A stretch of 64,000 nucleotides of DNA from the NCBI GenBank assembly GCA_002633005.1, contig NMRA01000157.1:404988-468987 (forward strand), read 5' to 3'. The notes below the pieces were generated by a model that searched no databases, was not told where the DNA came from, and saw nothing but the letters and a program-made list of their open reading frames with translations. Origin of the DNA: Phoronis australis (lineage: Eukaryota > Animalia > Phoronida). How positions within the stretch are numbered: position 1 is the first letter of the stretch; the number at the start of each line of letters is the position of its first letter. This document shows positions 26,843 through 39,599 of this stretch, one piece after another. The translations under genes and the position numbers were made by a program.

Positions 26843-27409
26843 TACAACGGTTATGCACATATATCAAATGACAATCAAATAATAATGGTACAATCCTGAC
26901 CCATTCACACCACATACACACAAAACAAAACAAAAACAATACAAACACATCCACGAGCACATCATAGATTTCACAGAGTACAACATCGATGTGAAATATG
27001 ATGTAACATAGGATAGAAAACACATGAAAACTGATCCTCATGGTCAGGCTTATTCTCCCAGTATTTTTCATGAGACTATAATAAAAACATTTAGAAACAT
27101 TGCCCACACGGTCTCATACAAAAAACAAGTAGAACGAAATTTAAGGATAACTACATTTCATTAAATTGATTTGGCTCTATAGTATGCGTTTGAGACTTGT
27201 CGGGACGCCCGCACTGAGCAAACAGATCACACACATAAAATAATAAGGTTTCCCGCACTTCGTCTTTTTTACCGTCTTAATCAGTCTATATCCACATGAC
27301 TCCTCTAGTACAGTCGACCTCACCTTGCCGAGAGGTGTCGCGTTAACCTGTGAGGAAGGTGAGAAACGATGCAGCGACGTCAGTGGTTCGTCTACAGAGT
27401 GAATGCCAC

Positions 27410-27620
27410 TATATTGCGGTGCATCGTTCCCGCTTGTCCGAACTACGAATCTGCGAACAAAGCGAGTATATCGTTTTTTCGACTTCCTGGAGAGCCCGAA
27501 ATGCATCGGAAGTGGCTCGCAGTAGTGAAAAATGAAAGATAGGCTGTTAATAGCAACTATGAGGCCACGAAACATCTCCGTGTCTGTGGCCGGCATTTCA
27601 TTGACAGTGATTTCTCTGAC
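27410..27620 (+). pseudogene. THAP domain remnant (N-terminus of a Kolobok transposase)
   Basis: ILRCIVPACPNYESANKASISFFRLPGEPEMHRKWLAVVKNER*...HLRVCGRHFIDSDF: C2CH ligands with the conserved P, W and HF. Confidence 0.88.
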
Positions 27621-28096
27621 AAATTCCAGCTTACCAAAGAACTATCCATACGTTCCGTTGCCTGTATACTGATGTTCATGGTGCCCCTCTAGTATTCCGG
27701 TCCGAACTGATAGCCTGTGAAACCTAACGATCCGACCAGTGAAGTCTTCGTTGCCTGAGCTCTTGACTAAGTCGGGATAGGCACGGGGCGAGTTGCCGTG
27801 AGTTGCCGTTTATTAGGAGACATTTATTATTCTGTGTTCTGTTTCAAAATGAATTGTTCTCATCCTAACCAATGCTTATATGAAACTGAAACACTGAAAC
27901 AAAGTCCGTCTCATTAGATACAATTTGTAATGCCTTGGAGTGCTCGTTAGTGCTAATGGTTAGAGAAGCCAGCAATGAATAAACCACTGCATTACCGGCT
28001 TTTGATGCCGGCAACAACGGTATTTGACCGGGCACTGAGGCCGAGTGAGTGTATGCTAATTCAGTGTTTGCAGACAGAAAGCTGTTGTGAAACAAT

Positions 28097-31000
28097 GGGG
28101 CTATTCGAAGAATTCTCCTCGCGGTGTCGCTGCTGTATTAGTGGTGATTGAATTGCGCATGCGTGGCTGTCTGCATGTAAACAACTGGTAAAAGATGGAA
28201 TTGTTATCAAAATACGTCGCTAAGCCTTATTACTGCTAATTTCCTTGGTGCAAGTCTTCGACAGGTGGCCACAAATTCCCAAAAGACCTTAAGTTACTAT
28301 ATTTGTGGACAATTGCGGTCAAAAGGGTCAACTAACTGACAAAAAGTGTGTGGATACTGAAGCCCCGTGTGTGCTCTATGACTATGCAGTTCCATTCGGA
28401 GACTACACAACATTACTTGGTAAGTTTTTAGCAATCAGTTTCTATCAACATCGTTCGGTGATGTTATCCCCACCAGTTACCCCATTGAATAACAGGTTTA
28501 TTGAGTGGAACTAAGTGTTTCTTTTAGGAAACTCACCCGATGCCGGGTAGGCTAGCAGCACATATTCATATTGTCCTGAGTGGGAGTGCTCCCAAAATAA
28601 GAGGTGTATGGTACGTGATGCACATAAGTCAAGGGTGACTTTTTCGCAGCAGTTTCTCTTCAAAACTATGCTGTTTCCAATAAAATTCTCTAGATGAGTA
28701 AGTTTCCTTATTTTATCGCGGACCCTACCCCAGGACTACTAGATCAGTTATCTAATTAACATGAATAAGCCTAATTCAGTAAATGTCGTAACATTGCACT
28801 GGAAAAAAATTGACGCCTAGAATGAATTTTACTTGTTGAGATCAGAAGCACATTTTAAGTGTCATGAAAAGTACACATTGTTAAATAACTTTTAGCCTGT
28901 TTCAAATATTTTAATTCAAATATTAAATAAGACTTGGGTACAAAGGTTATTTGTTTCTACACATAAACATGAAGATGAAACGTCAAGTATGTTCTGCCTT
29001 ACAAAAGTAGTTTTGCCTTGTCTTTTCTTTTACAATTTGCTAATATTTCTCTGACTATTCTGTTACAGGTGAGAGAAAACAACTGAAAGCAACTGCCCGA
29101 CCATCTATTTTACCTTTGGACAAAGTGAAGAGCAATCCTTCAGCAATAACCTGAGAGAATTGAACGTACTTCAGAAATTCAGCACTTGATATGCCTGATT
29201 ATGGACTCCGTCGCAATGTTGTTTCTTTCTGTGGTTTTTCAGTTTGCCATTTGTTTTTAAATACACTGATAATTTTTTATTCTCGAATCTTGTGCATAGC
29301 AGATTCTTATCCAGCTAACTACAATTGAAAACATACAATAAGACAATCGATGCAGTCACTGAATGTCATTTCCCCATAATGTGTACCAAATTTTTTACCA
29401 TTAGTATAAAGCCTTTCTTCTGAAAGGAAAATTTAATGTCACTCAGCTTTTGGCTTTCATTTCACTGGGATCTAGTTTCAATGACCTATAGAAGCGCTTG
29501 TAAAAAAGGTCCAGTTCCGACACGTGACTTTCTTTCATGTAACCTCATTCAGCCTCAATAACATCCACAATTAGACCCTTGAAGGTAAACACAGCAGCAT
29601 ATCACTTGAATCGTTTTGAGCCCAAAATCAGACCCTGAACTAGACCAGAGTGTCACTAGGTCTTCTTTAGCTTCAGTCCCTCATGTTTCTTCCAGGAAAG
29701 GAAATAAGCTATTGTCCACACATGACTCATTGCCTATGAAAGGGCATCCTCACCAACAAGGCTTACTTGTGTATCAGTCAGATATAGTTCCTCTGAATAC
29801 ACAGACAGTCCACTAGCACATTGTCTTATGGTAACTTAGTACTGCGATTCACAGTTCTCCAGGGCCACTGACTTGTACATTGTGCCGTGCAACACTGCTG
29901 GTGTGTGGAAGTGCTGTGGGAAGAGAACGGAGTAACAAAGCTTGTTTATGATACAGCTTGAATTGGCCTTAAAATTTCACTGAACCTGGAACAAATATTG
30001 AAATATGAATAATTAAGTACTCCAGATTGGGTCAAAAATGTTATCCCTGTTTTTCAAAAATATATGGTGACTGCTCTACAGTTTCACATAAAATTAAATA
30101 ATTATTATTTTCAGAAACCAAGGGTGTATATAATAAGTATTGCATAAAACTGTGTCTTTATTTTTTATTCTTAGCCATAACAATTTTTAAACGCATCACT
30201 TGCCTGCAAAATATGCAAGTTTTTTGAGACAACTTCAAACCTTTGTTACCCATTTTCAAGCCTTTTTAATTTTAAACTCCGATTACAGTTTCATGGGTCT
30301 GTCAAGCATACTTCTAGTCTAAGGTTGAGTGAACCGACTTGGGTCATTTAAAAATGATGGATAATCTTCCTGTTGTTTAAAAGTAATTACAGATCGTAAC
30401 GCACCATCAAAAATGCAATTTTCACAAAAATGGCAGTCATTTGAATTTATAACGAGTTGCAACATTTCAAGGCATGAGTTATGACTATTCAGTCACTGTG
30501 AATTGAGAAAATGTAATATGTTTTCATGGGTTTACAATTGATACAAGTAGCAAAACGTTTTCATGAAATCAACTTGAAGGGACTTCATGAAGGTTAAGAA
30601 TTACCTCACCATGCTATTTTCCCCAAATATGTATTACCTGTTATTTCCACACATTCACTTGTACCAAATATTACAACCCCAACCCCGCATGCCTATCCCC
30701 GCTAAAGACCTGAATAAGTAAACTAACAAAATGACTTACATACCTTTCTTTAAAAATAGCTGTTCCTTTTCAAAGGCTTTTTTCGTTGTCTCCAATATTG
30801 AAAGTAGGCTTTGACTACCGATGTGCACTGGATGGGAAGATCTTGTTGGTTAGCTGCAGTCAAATGATAAAAACCAATTTTTGTCTATTCAGGGAGGGTG
30901 CAGAAGCGATGCATATCTCCTCTGCACGGTACAAGCCCTCAAACCTAAAAACCAAAGGTTACGTGAAAACAGACATGATAGATTTCTCCATTTCAACGTG

Positions 31001-31546
31001 TAATAGATTTCCAGAAGACATATGATAGGGAGTACACAAATAGTCTAATGCAATGGATATTTGTCATGTACCCTTTGCCATTGGGGTTGGATTGTAATAT
31101 TAACTCATTAACCTGTATCGAGTTGACCGCATAAACATTCAGCATTGATTGGTGTAACTGTCACTGATAAACTGTTAGAAATCATTCCAAATAATAATAA
31201 TGCTTTGATGTACGCTACGTCAATTATCGTGTCACATATCACAACAAACAAAGATTAACCTGACTGGCGATTGCCGCGAAGTCGACATCGACGAGTACCT
31301 CAGTTAACAGGCATCCGTAGAATAATCATGGAATAATCGTTAAAATAATCACAAACCTTACCTTTGTATAAGGTCTTGCTTACTTCCTCTCATAGAAGCA
31401 CCCTTTTCACGCAATCTCAGATTCAGTTGGCACGGCTGCAAGCCATTTTACCATGTATTTAAAGGGCTCGCGAAATCTAGGCTGTTAATCTATCACCACT
31501 AGTACACGCGCGCCCTCTAGTTATTGTAGATTTTCCGAATAGCCCC
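28097..31546. mobile_element. Degenerate ISL2EU-like DNA transposon
   Basis: TIR GGGGCTATTCG with a 2-bp AT TSD. THAP remnant on + (YC*FPWCKSSTGGHKFPKDLKLLYLWTIAVKR, about 28195-28400) and YqaJ-like exonuclease remnants on - (TPAVLHG...LKKT...VQGL...VFTFKGL, about 29470-29920). Confidence 0.78.
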
Positions 31547-31737
31547 ATTACTTGATTCTATATGCTATGGTTACATGCTAGGGGAATCTTTAATAAAAAT
31601 ACATTATTCAAATCATTGTTACTGTACAACCTTTGCCCCGACGGTCTGGGGAAGGGGAGCCCGACACCGCGGCCCCGACCGCGGCCCCGCCCCAACGACA
31701 AGTAAGTAGATTTTCAGTTTCGTAGCTAAATCACATA

Positions 31738-33259
31738 CTGTATTCGCCATAATAACCGCCCAGGGCGCTTAAAAAAGTTCGTTTCAGGGGGGGGGGCACT
31801 TATTATAACCCAAGGCCGTTGAAACCCGGTCTCCGAAACAGGTGAAATCGGAAGCTAAGATTCATCATATTTATGCTCTGTGACGTTTCTGTAATCTGTG
31901 AAAGACTTTCTACAAAACCGTGGTGCATTGCTATCAAACTTTTTTGCTAAATTACGATCATTTTACAGAAAATTGTGCAGAAATCCTAGGGCAACAACTC
32001 GCCGACTAGCTGGCTTGTAATCGTCGATATGGCGACTTGAATGCTTGAATAAAAATACAGTTTCGACTCAAGCAAATTACCTGAAATCCTCCTTAAGTTT
32101 TCCAAGCAGCGTCCCTAGGATTTTTAAGTTCCTGTAAAGTCGGGATCACGGCAGGTTTAAGTACAAATCTGTGCTAGTGCATTGTGCCATCTACATGTAT
32201 GATCGGCAACATGAGAAAATGTCTGGACGAACACACATGTTCTTGTCACGTGACGTTTGTTTTGAAGTTGTCTGCGTTTGGGAGTAAGCGAGCGCATGCG
32301 TGTCACCAGAGTTCATTTGCCAGAGTAGATACTGTCTTTGGGCCAGAGCCATGCAATCTAACGAGCTAGATGTGCATTGTATCTAAAGAAATTTGCACAA
32401 GCAGTAGGCCTAAACCAGAGCGTGTTTCATTCAGCACTTGCCGGTCTCATGTGCTAAAAACGTTCGACATTTGTCTCGGTAAGGCCATATTAGTTGCCGT
32501 GTGGCTGGATGCGGCGTACGTGACTATCTGACAGTAATTTTTCAGTGTAAGGGAGTGTGAGCATTCACTGTCAGTGGTCATTTTATCGGATATTTGGCTT
32601 AAAAACACCAATTATGGTTAATCAAACAATTCATCTTAAAAATAACGCAAACATTTTTATAGAATTAGAAACTGTCGGAAATTAGTGCCAATATTCATTT
32701 CTTGCTAATGCTATGCTACCCGTTTCATGAATGGATAGTTCCCGACTAATGTCTTTGACGACAGGTTCATGTATGTAGGGCGCGCTACCTGGCCACGTGC
32801 TTTTAACACTGGCCAAGCTTTTTACTAGTCTACCAATTCGCGGTTTTCACGTGTAGGCTACAAAGAAATTTGGATTCCTGTTGAAAGCAGGAAATATCAA
32901 CAAATCAATCCCGTATACAAGTACACTACTTTTGTTCTGAAAGGCCAGACCATTGGTCCTCGTAATATCAGCAAAACTTTTGTTCGTTTTGAGGCATGGC
33001 GGAAGTTTCAAGTGTATAGTCACGGCTAAATACCGACATAGCGGCGAGGCTCGTGGTCTACAAATTCTGCCCACAATGATTTTTTTCAGGACTGTCAGAT
33101 ATCATTGATAAATTGAAGACGTTCCTGAAGAATTTTAGGACTGCAGGTAAGGCATTTTTCGCACACACACGTTCATGGACTGGGTGCTTATTTTAGCAAA
33201 GTCTGAAAACGCGTGGGGGGGCGCTTATAGGGGCATGGGCTTTTATTACGGCAAATAAT
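31738..33259 (+). mobile_element. Tc1/mariner-pogo-like MITE family B, copy 1
   Basis: TA|CTGTATTCGCCATAATAACCGCCC ... TTATTACGGCAAATAAT|TA; non-coding. Confidence 0.8.
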
Positions 33260-33739
33260 TATGTGCACATTGTTTCTTTGGCTCACTATTTTAGTCTTTT
33301 CGTGACTATAGGTTTAGTTTCCAACTCAAGCTGGTTTATGTTCATGCCAGTCCCAGCGGCCGTCACAGGCCCGATTGGGCTCCGAGCCACTGGCCAGGAT
33401 AACGAGTCAGTCCGGCCGGGACAGCTCTGATTGGGTTCAGAGCCACTGGCCGGGGATAACAAGCGTTTTATTTGTTTAGAACTCAAAAAATCACAAATAT
33501 AACAACCCAGATCTAGGTTCTCCTGTCTGTATTTCACGGAAGAATACTTCGAATTTATCTCCGAACAGACCCCAAACTCCTCAGTGCTACGTAGAGAATT
33601 ATATGATAGTTCATACTATAACCACTAGGCGTCTCTGTTGCTAGCTTCCCACTATATTGTCTTCACGACTAAACATTGATATTACAAAGAGGTAGGGATT
33701 ATTACCTTTTCCACGTGTATTTGCTTTATATCCCGTTTA

Positions 33740-35160
33740 ACGTATTCGCCGTAATAACCGCCCATGCCCATATAAGCGCCCCCACCACGCGTTTTCAGAC
33801 TTTGCAGAAATAAGCGCCCAGTCCATGAACGTGTACGTGCGAAAAATGACGTACCTACGGTCCAAAAACTCAGCTACAGTAACGTCTTCAATTTATCAAA
33901 AAATTTTCCACAGGTCTACTAGACCCCCAGCGGCACTGCTACGTTTGCATTTAGCCGTGACTTTACACTTCAAAGTAACGCAGAGCTTCAAAAAGAACGC
34001 AACAGCGTTGCTAAGCTCTCGCGACGACCGTGTCCCACTAAGGTCTGACCTTTTAGTAGACACATCGAATGTCTCACGAGTAAAAATAACACGGTGTTAA
34101 ATGCACATGGCCAGGAAGCGCGCGCTACATACGTGAACCTGTCATCAAAGACATTAGTCAGGAACTATCCATTCATGAAACGGGTAGCATAGCATCGATA
34201 AGAAATGAATATTGGCACTAATTTCCGACACTTTCTAATACTATAAAACATGTTTGCATTGTTTTTGAGGTGGATTGTTTGATTAACCATAATTGGTTTT
34301 TTTAAGCCGAATATCTGATAAAATTACAACTGACAGTGAATGCTTACACTCCCCTACACTGAAAAATAATTGTCAGATAGTTACGTACGCATCCAGCTAC
34401 ACGGCGACTAGTATGGGTCTTACCGAGACAAATGTCGAAAGTTTTCAGCACGAGACTGGCAAGTGCTGAATGAAACACGCTCTGGTTTAGGCCTACTGCT
34501 TGTGCAAATTTCTTTAGCTAGTTAGACTGCGTGACTCTGGCCAAAAGACGGTCTCTGCTTTGGCAAAGAACTCTGGTGACACGCACGTGCTCGCTTACTC
34601 GCAGACTAACTTCAAAACAAACGTCACGTGACAACAACATGTGTGTTCGTCCAGACATTTTTCTCGCCGTGTTGCCGATCATACATGTAGATGGCACGAT
34701 GTTGCACAGACTTGTACTTAAACCTGCCGTTAATCCAGACTCCACAGGAACTTAAAAAATCTTAGAGACGTTACTTAAAAAATCTTAGAGACGTTACTTA
34801 TAAAACTTAATGAGGATTTCAGATAATTTGCTTGAGTCGAAACCATTTTTATTCAAGCATTGAAGTCGCCATATCGAAGACGGCGATTTCGAGGCAGTCA
34901 GTCGGCGATTTTTCACCCTGGGATTTCAGCACAATTTTCTGTAATATCGTAATTTAGCAGCAAAGTTGATAGCAATGCACCACAGTTTTGTTGAAAGTCT
35001 TTCATAGATTACATATACGTCACAGAGCGTAAATTTGATGAATCTTAGCTTCCGATTTCACCCGTTTCGGAGACCGGGTTTAAACCGCCTTGGGTTATAA
35101 TAAGCGCCCCCTGAACCGAACTTTTCTAAGCGCCCTGGGCGGTTATTACGGCGAATACGG
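33740..35160 (-). mobile_element. MITE family B, copy 2 (inverted relative to copy 1)
   Basis: TA|ACGTATTCGCCGTAATAACCGCCC ... GGGCGGTTATTACGGCGAATACGG|TA; the reverse complement of copy 1 along its length. Confidence 0.85.
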
Positions 35161-35647
35161 TATAGTACATTGTCATTACCCTTAAACTATCCAGTAAGCA
35201 AACTCTTTACTTGTACTTCTAGGTCTCCACCATTCTTTCAATAAAAGTTGAAACGAAATGACGAATGTTTATCTACTACGGACCTCGGTAAATTGGCCTG
35301 CAGAACTTTGTAGGCTACGGTGTGTCCAAATAACAGTAAATCCGTAACAGCGAAATAAAACAATACGTTTTTATAAGAACTCAGTGTATTTTTAAGGGTT
35401 TTACATCGAAGTTTGATGATTTATTGGTGTTAAACGATGAATTCAAGTGAAAAGCTGACACCAGTAACCCGTGTTGAGAATTGCTGAACAGACTGTGTGT
35501 GAAACCAATTACGTCATTGGATAAATTCAACACCTCCGTCTGCCATAAGGTGTCAGGTAACGCAACTGAACGTGCCGTTGTTGAGTAGAAGTACTCGATC
35601 TAAATTGATACAAAACAGGTTGTTTTTTGAGTGGCATTCTCCTTTAA

Positions 35648-36060
35648 AACAATTGATTCGGGAGGCCCACAATTCAGTTGTGTCGGATAGTGCATGTTCT
35701 AGTAAAGTATGTGGTCAAAATTGGTTAGATGATTACCTAGATTCCCTTTGTGGGTCTGATTACAGAAGGTTAAGCAATACCCAGGTGTGAAAGTGTTTAA
35801 GAATGATAGTGGTCACAACAGTCTTCCCTGGTTTAAATTTTCCGTTGTGGTCATCTTCACATGCAAAGATGGATAAGTGTAATTTTTACTGTTTAATTAA
35901 GTCTGAATTAACATGTGCAAAGTATTTATGTGGCAGCCCGTCTTGAAATCTGGTATTTGCCATAGCAAATTTGAGGTGTTCAACATATGATCTTTTGACT
36001 GAGCTGGGTAGAAGGTACAATATACCTCAACCAGAAAGAATTTGTAAAGTTTGAAATTGA
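35648..36060 (+). mobile_element. Continuation (protease remnant) of the retrotransposon interrupted at 21263
   Basis: EAHNSVVSDSACSSKVCGQNWLDDYL (aspartic protease DS[GA]-type motif) resumes directly after the second TTAA of Kolobok copy 3. Confidence 0.65.
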
Positions 36061-36199
36061 AACAGAGATACACATTCTATTGGATTGTCTTCTCCTTTTT
36101 GACCTACGGAAATATCTATAACCACAATGTATTGTTAGAAATAGAAACATTAAGGTACTTTTAGGTTATACAGAATTTGTTAAATGCACGACACTTTTC

Positions 36200-37110
36200 A
36201 TTGTTCACGGTCTTTATTCCGTTGCGTTCATACTTTCTGAACAAAACTCTACTCTCAACTGAACATAGATACAGTAACTGACCTAGCGACATAATTAAAA
36301 GACACACGATATTTCAAAACATACTTGTTTCATTCTCAAGTGAAGATAAAATGACGCATTAATGCCACCACTGAGTATAAGCTGACGACACACGCAGTGA
36401 GACACGGCGGGAGTGAAATACTGCAAAGAATGACTAATGAATTGGGGTAACAGGAAAGTCACGCAAACAAGTGTAACATGCGACGTGACCCTGTTTGCTG
36501 CTCATTCAAAACAGGCCTCTCAAAAGCAATTAAAAGGGACTCTAATACTTTCAAACGCAGCACATCTTGCTCCACGTAGCGAATTGACGTGTTTTCCACA
36601 ATTTCTTGACGGGTGATTTTACGTGCGTGGTATTGCAGAAAATGATCTTGAATGGCGCCATTTTGAAGATGCATGGATAACCGACGGGAAAGACTGCAAA
36701 CCGTTTGACCAATGTAACATTGTTTGACGTTTGAACGAAGACATTCGTTCATAGGGCATACAAATTCACAAACAACACTACACTGTGCAACGGGGCGGAC
36801 CGTCGCTTTAAAAATGTTATTTTTCATGACCAAGCTGGAGGACTTCCTATTCCGATAATAAATAATAACATCAAAGTAATCATCAGGCTTACAAACTTTA
36901 ACATTGTCCCTTATGATTTTCTTAATGGCATGTTCGTCCTGGAGGTAATTATTAGACATGACATTTTTGTAAAATATCTTTTTGGTGACACCAGTCCGAC
37001 GTGCGGGGACTTCATAGCCAATTCTGGACATAAATCGCTTAATATGGAAATCCACAAAAGCATTGGTATACCAACTATTCACCAGTGTTTGTCTTATGCG
37101 ATCTACCAGA
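36200..37110 (-). mobile_element. Penelope-like element, 3' portion with C-terminal GIY-YIG endonuclease
   Basis: ORF 36459-37082: VVCEFVCP...C...YIGQTVCSLSRRLSMH...AIQDH...LESLLI...PVLNEQ. Left boundary is approximate. Confidence 0.88.
36305..36342 (-). ncRNA. Candidate minimal hammerhead-ribozyme-like motif of the Penelope-like element
   Basis: CAC-UUGAGAAU-GAAACA-agua-UGUUUU-GAAA-UAUC-GUG: a hairpin between a UGA-containing box and GAAA, closed by CAC/GUG. The core is non-canonical. Confidence 0.45.
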
Positions 37111-38241
37111 CATAAGTTTCCAGTTTAAAACTTTGTATTAATTGTTTCCGCCAAAAAGTTATGGTGAAATTTAGTGAGACATATCTCTACTTACTATTCT
37201 GCACGATTCAACAGTTTTCGCCAAATTTAGGCCTCGTAGTTGTTACCTATTAAGTGATAAATGTGCTCATAATTCCCGTTGGACTTAGTCTCATTTCCAG
37301 TGGCACCAACAACATAGCCACTTTTGCTGAACTGAAAGGCATGTTCAATCAGATACTTTGTAATTTGTGAAGATTCAACATTGATACATTTTGACAGATG
37401 TTGCTACAAAAAAGGAACTAGCATCTTCAGGCAACATTATTTGGTGCCTTGGGTTTGCTATTAATACATAAATTTAAAAAAAAACATCATACAGTTGAAA
37501 ATCAAGTTCACTAGAAGTTAATTCATTTCATGAGTTCTGGCAATTCTGTCAAATTACAATTATCGATGTGGTTCAGTTGTGCTCACTTTCTTTGTACTCA
37601 CTGCTTAATAAATAAAAAAATGATAAACATTTTGTATTGGACTTAATTTTGTCATACTTATGTGCTCCAACGAGCCCCCTATTTGCAGAAATGAAAAAAG
37701 GTCTGCCTCAGTCAGAGAAGCATGAACTCCAAAAAAAGTAGAAAACGAGACATAAGTCAACTAGAAGGCAGGAAGTACCAAAATTTGGTGTCTGCAATTC
37801 ATAGCTCTGAACATACCCAGTGAAACTTACGGTAAAAGGTACACATTCTCAATAACTCCAGCCCCCCATTTTTTAGGCTTTGTGCGCTCATGCAAAGTCT
37901 GGGCAAATCTCTCTTGAAAACCAGCAACTTCGCACAGTTCACCAGAAGACCCCAAGTTAAATAAACCTCATTTGAGCGAGTGCTGTGGCCAGGGACCGGG
38001 TAGGCCTAGGGGTAACCTTGGCGCAAAGCTGTATACTTTAAGATGTATTTTGACGATAATCTTCATACTGGTAGCTGACAGGCTAGCAGTAACCTAAGGG
38101 CTGCCGCAGCAGTGTGACACAGGAGTAACTAGCCCATAATTTTATGCAAGTGTCTGAAACTACCTTTGCATTTATGATTTGAACATTTTACTTCGACAAA
38201 ACAGCTTACGACCGCATGCCTTTACCATTTGCCAGTGTCTG

Positions 38242-39019
38242 CAGTGGCGGATCTAGGATATCACAAGGGGGGGCCCAACATTTTGTCCGGCTGCAAACAT
38301 TTGCGCAAACTGAACAATTGTAGATGCGCATAGCACCGAATGGGGGGAAATTTTTCTGTTTTTACCTCTAAATATCAAGCATTTTCGTTGATTCCTGAAG
38401 TATTATCCAAGAAAAAAAGGCAAAAAAAGAACGTGTCAAGTACAAAGACTCGAACTCACGACCTGGCAGATAGAGCGCGCGTGCGTTACCACTACACCAC
38501 CACGACTTAACTCGTACTAAAAGACCTACTTGTTTATGGTCCACAGCGTTTGCGCGCGAAACCTACTTCTTTTTATAATGCTTATTACACGTTTTATATT
38601 TTGTGCCATCAATTCTTAACAAATTTGTCGTACTTGAAATAGTCTTCAAATGCCCAAAAGACCAAATCCATTTTTCGTGTTGGCAATAATGACGGGATTG
38701 CTTTGGAAATCNNNNNNNNNNNNNNNNNNNNNNNNNNNNNNNNNNNNNNNNNNNGCCTGGGATACCGCGGGAGAGCCTATACTTAGCCATAGTTCCGTTG
38801 CGAATGCGCCGTGTTCCGAATTTGACACTTGAAATTGGATTTGAGCCCCCCCCCCAACATTAAAACTGCACACATTTAAATCTTTTTTCATCCGTATAAT
38901 TTTAATTACCGGGGTTAATTAATAAACTCACCATTTCCCTATGCTCTTACTGTTTTATTTTTTGCGGCAGCCAAGGGGGGGGATGGGCCCCCTGGCCCCC
39001 CCCCCTAAATCCGCCTGTG
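38242..39019. mobile_element. CAG-ended (hAT-like) MITE
   Basis: CAGTGGCGGATCTAGG ... CCTAAATCCGCCTGTG, flanked by GTCTG on both sides; spans the N gap at 38712-38754. Confidence 0.7.
38440..38503 (-). repeat. tRNA-derived (SINE-head-like) segment
   Basis: A box GGTGTAGTGGTAA and B box GTTCGAGTC, but no complete cloverleaf. Confidence 0.55.
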
Positions 39020-39599
39020 GTCTGGTCTAGGTCCGCACGGAGTCCGATCGGCTGCATGCCCAAGTCTGACAAACTAATTTCTATCAAAATTTATTCGCCA
39101 AATTTCGTCAGCAATTTCCATACAATTGTCTGTATCTTTTGATTTTATTAACGTTTAGGCGAGCTGCTGATTATTATGCAGGCTGGTAACAGACACTGCT
39201 CCAGTCGCAAAGACAGCGTATAGTAAACCTGGGTTCCTGAATGAATTGTACTTCTGGGTTTGCGGTAAGTTCAAAATGGCGGTGTGTTCTTCGGGTCCGA
39301 ATCGTGAGTGGTGCATTTATTTAAACTTTGTTGTGTATTAGTTATAGGGTAGCTACTTCTTGGATCCTAATAACATCCTCTAATCATGTAATATGGGCTA
39401 ACAAGGTGTGCTTCTTAGACTTTAAAGATCCCTGCAGGGTTGGCAGGGGAAGATGTTATTATTAAGACAGATGTGATTGATTCAGAGATACCTCTGCTCC
39501 TGTAGAAGGAGCCTATGAAAATTGCCAAGGTCAAATTGAACGTTATGTTAGTTTATGAGTAAGCGACCAGGGGAACTGTGCATTTTATTGGCGAATGTT

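Larger units (their letters stand above)
21301..27261 (-). mobile_element. 5'-truncated L1/Tx1-type LINE
   Basis: ORF2 with APE endonuclease (SLNCRGL, LQDTH, SRLDFFL, SDH), RT (RQGDPLSP, QYADD) and a C-terminal zf-RVT-like region (CSFC...ETLSHLFWEC). TSD GTCTTTTTT at 21292-21300 and 27262-27270. Confidence 0.93.
21267..35643 (+). mobile_element. Kolobok family A, copy 3, expanded by nested insertions
   Basis: TTAA|GGGAGAATGCCAC ... GTGGCATTCTCCT|TTAA. Family A sequence resumes in register after each insertion (27271, 31549, 33262, ~35278). Confidence 0.85.

Noticed and set aside
38440-38503. Functional tRNA gene
   Set aside because: A and B boxes only; the acceptor and anticodon stems do not pair convincingly.
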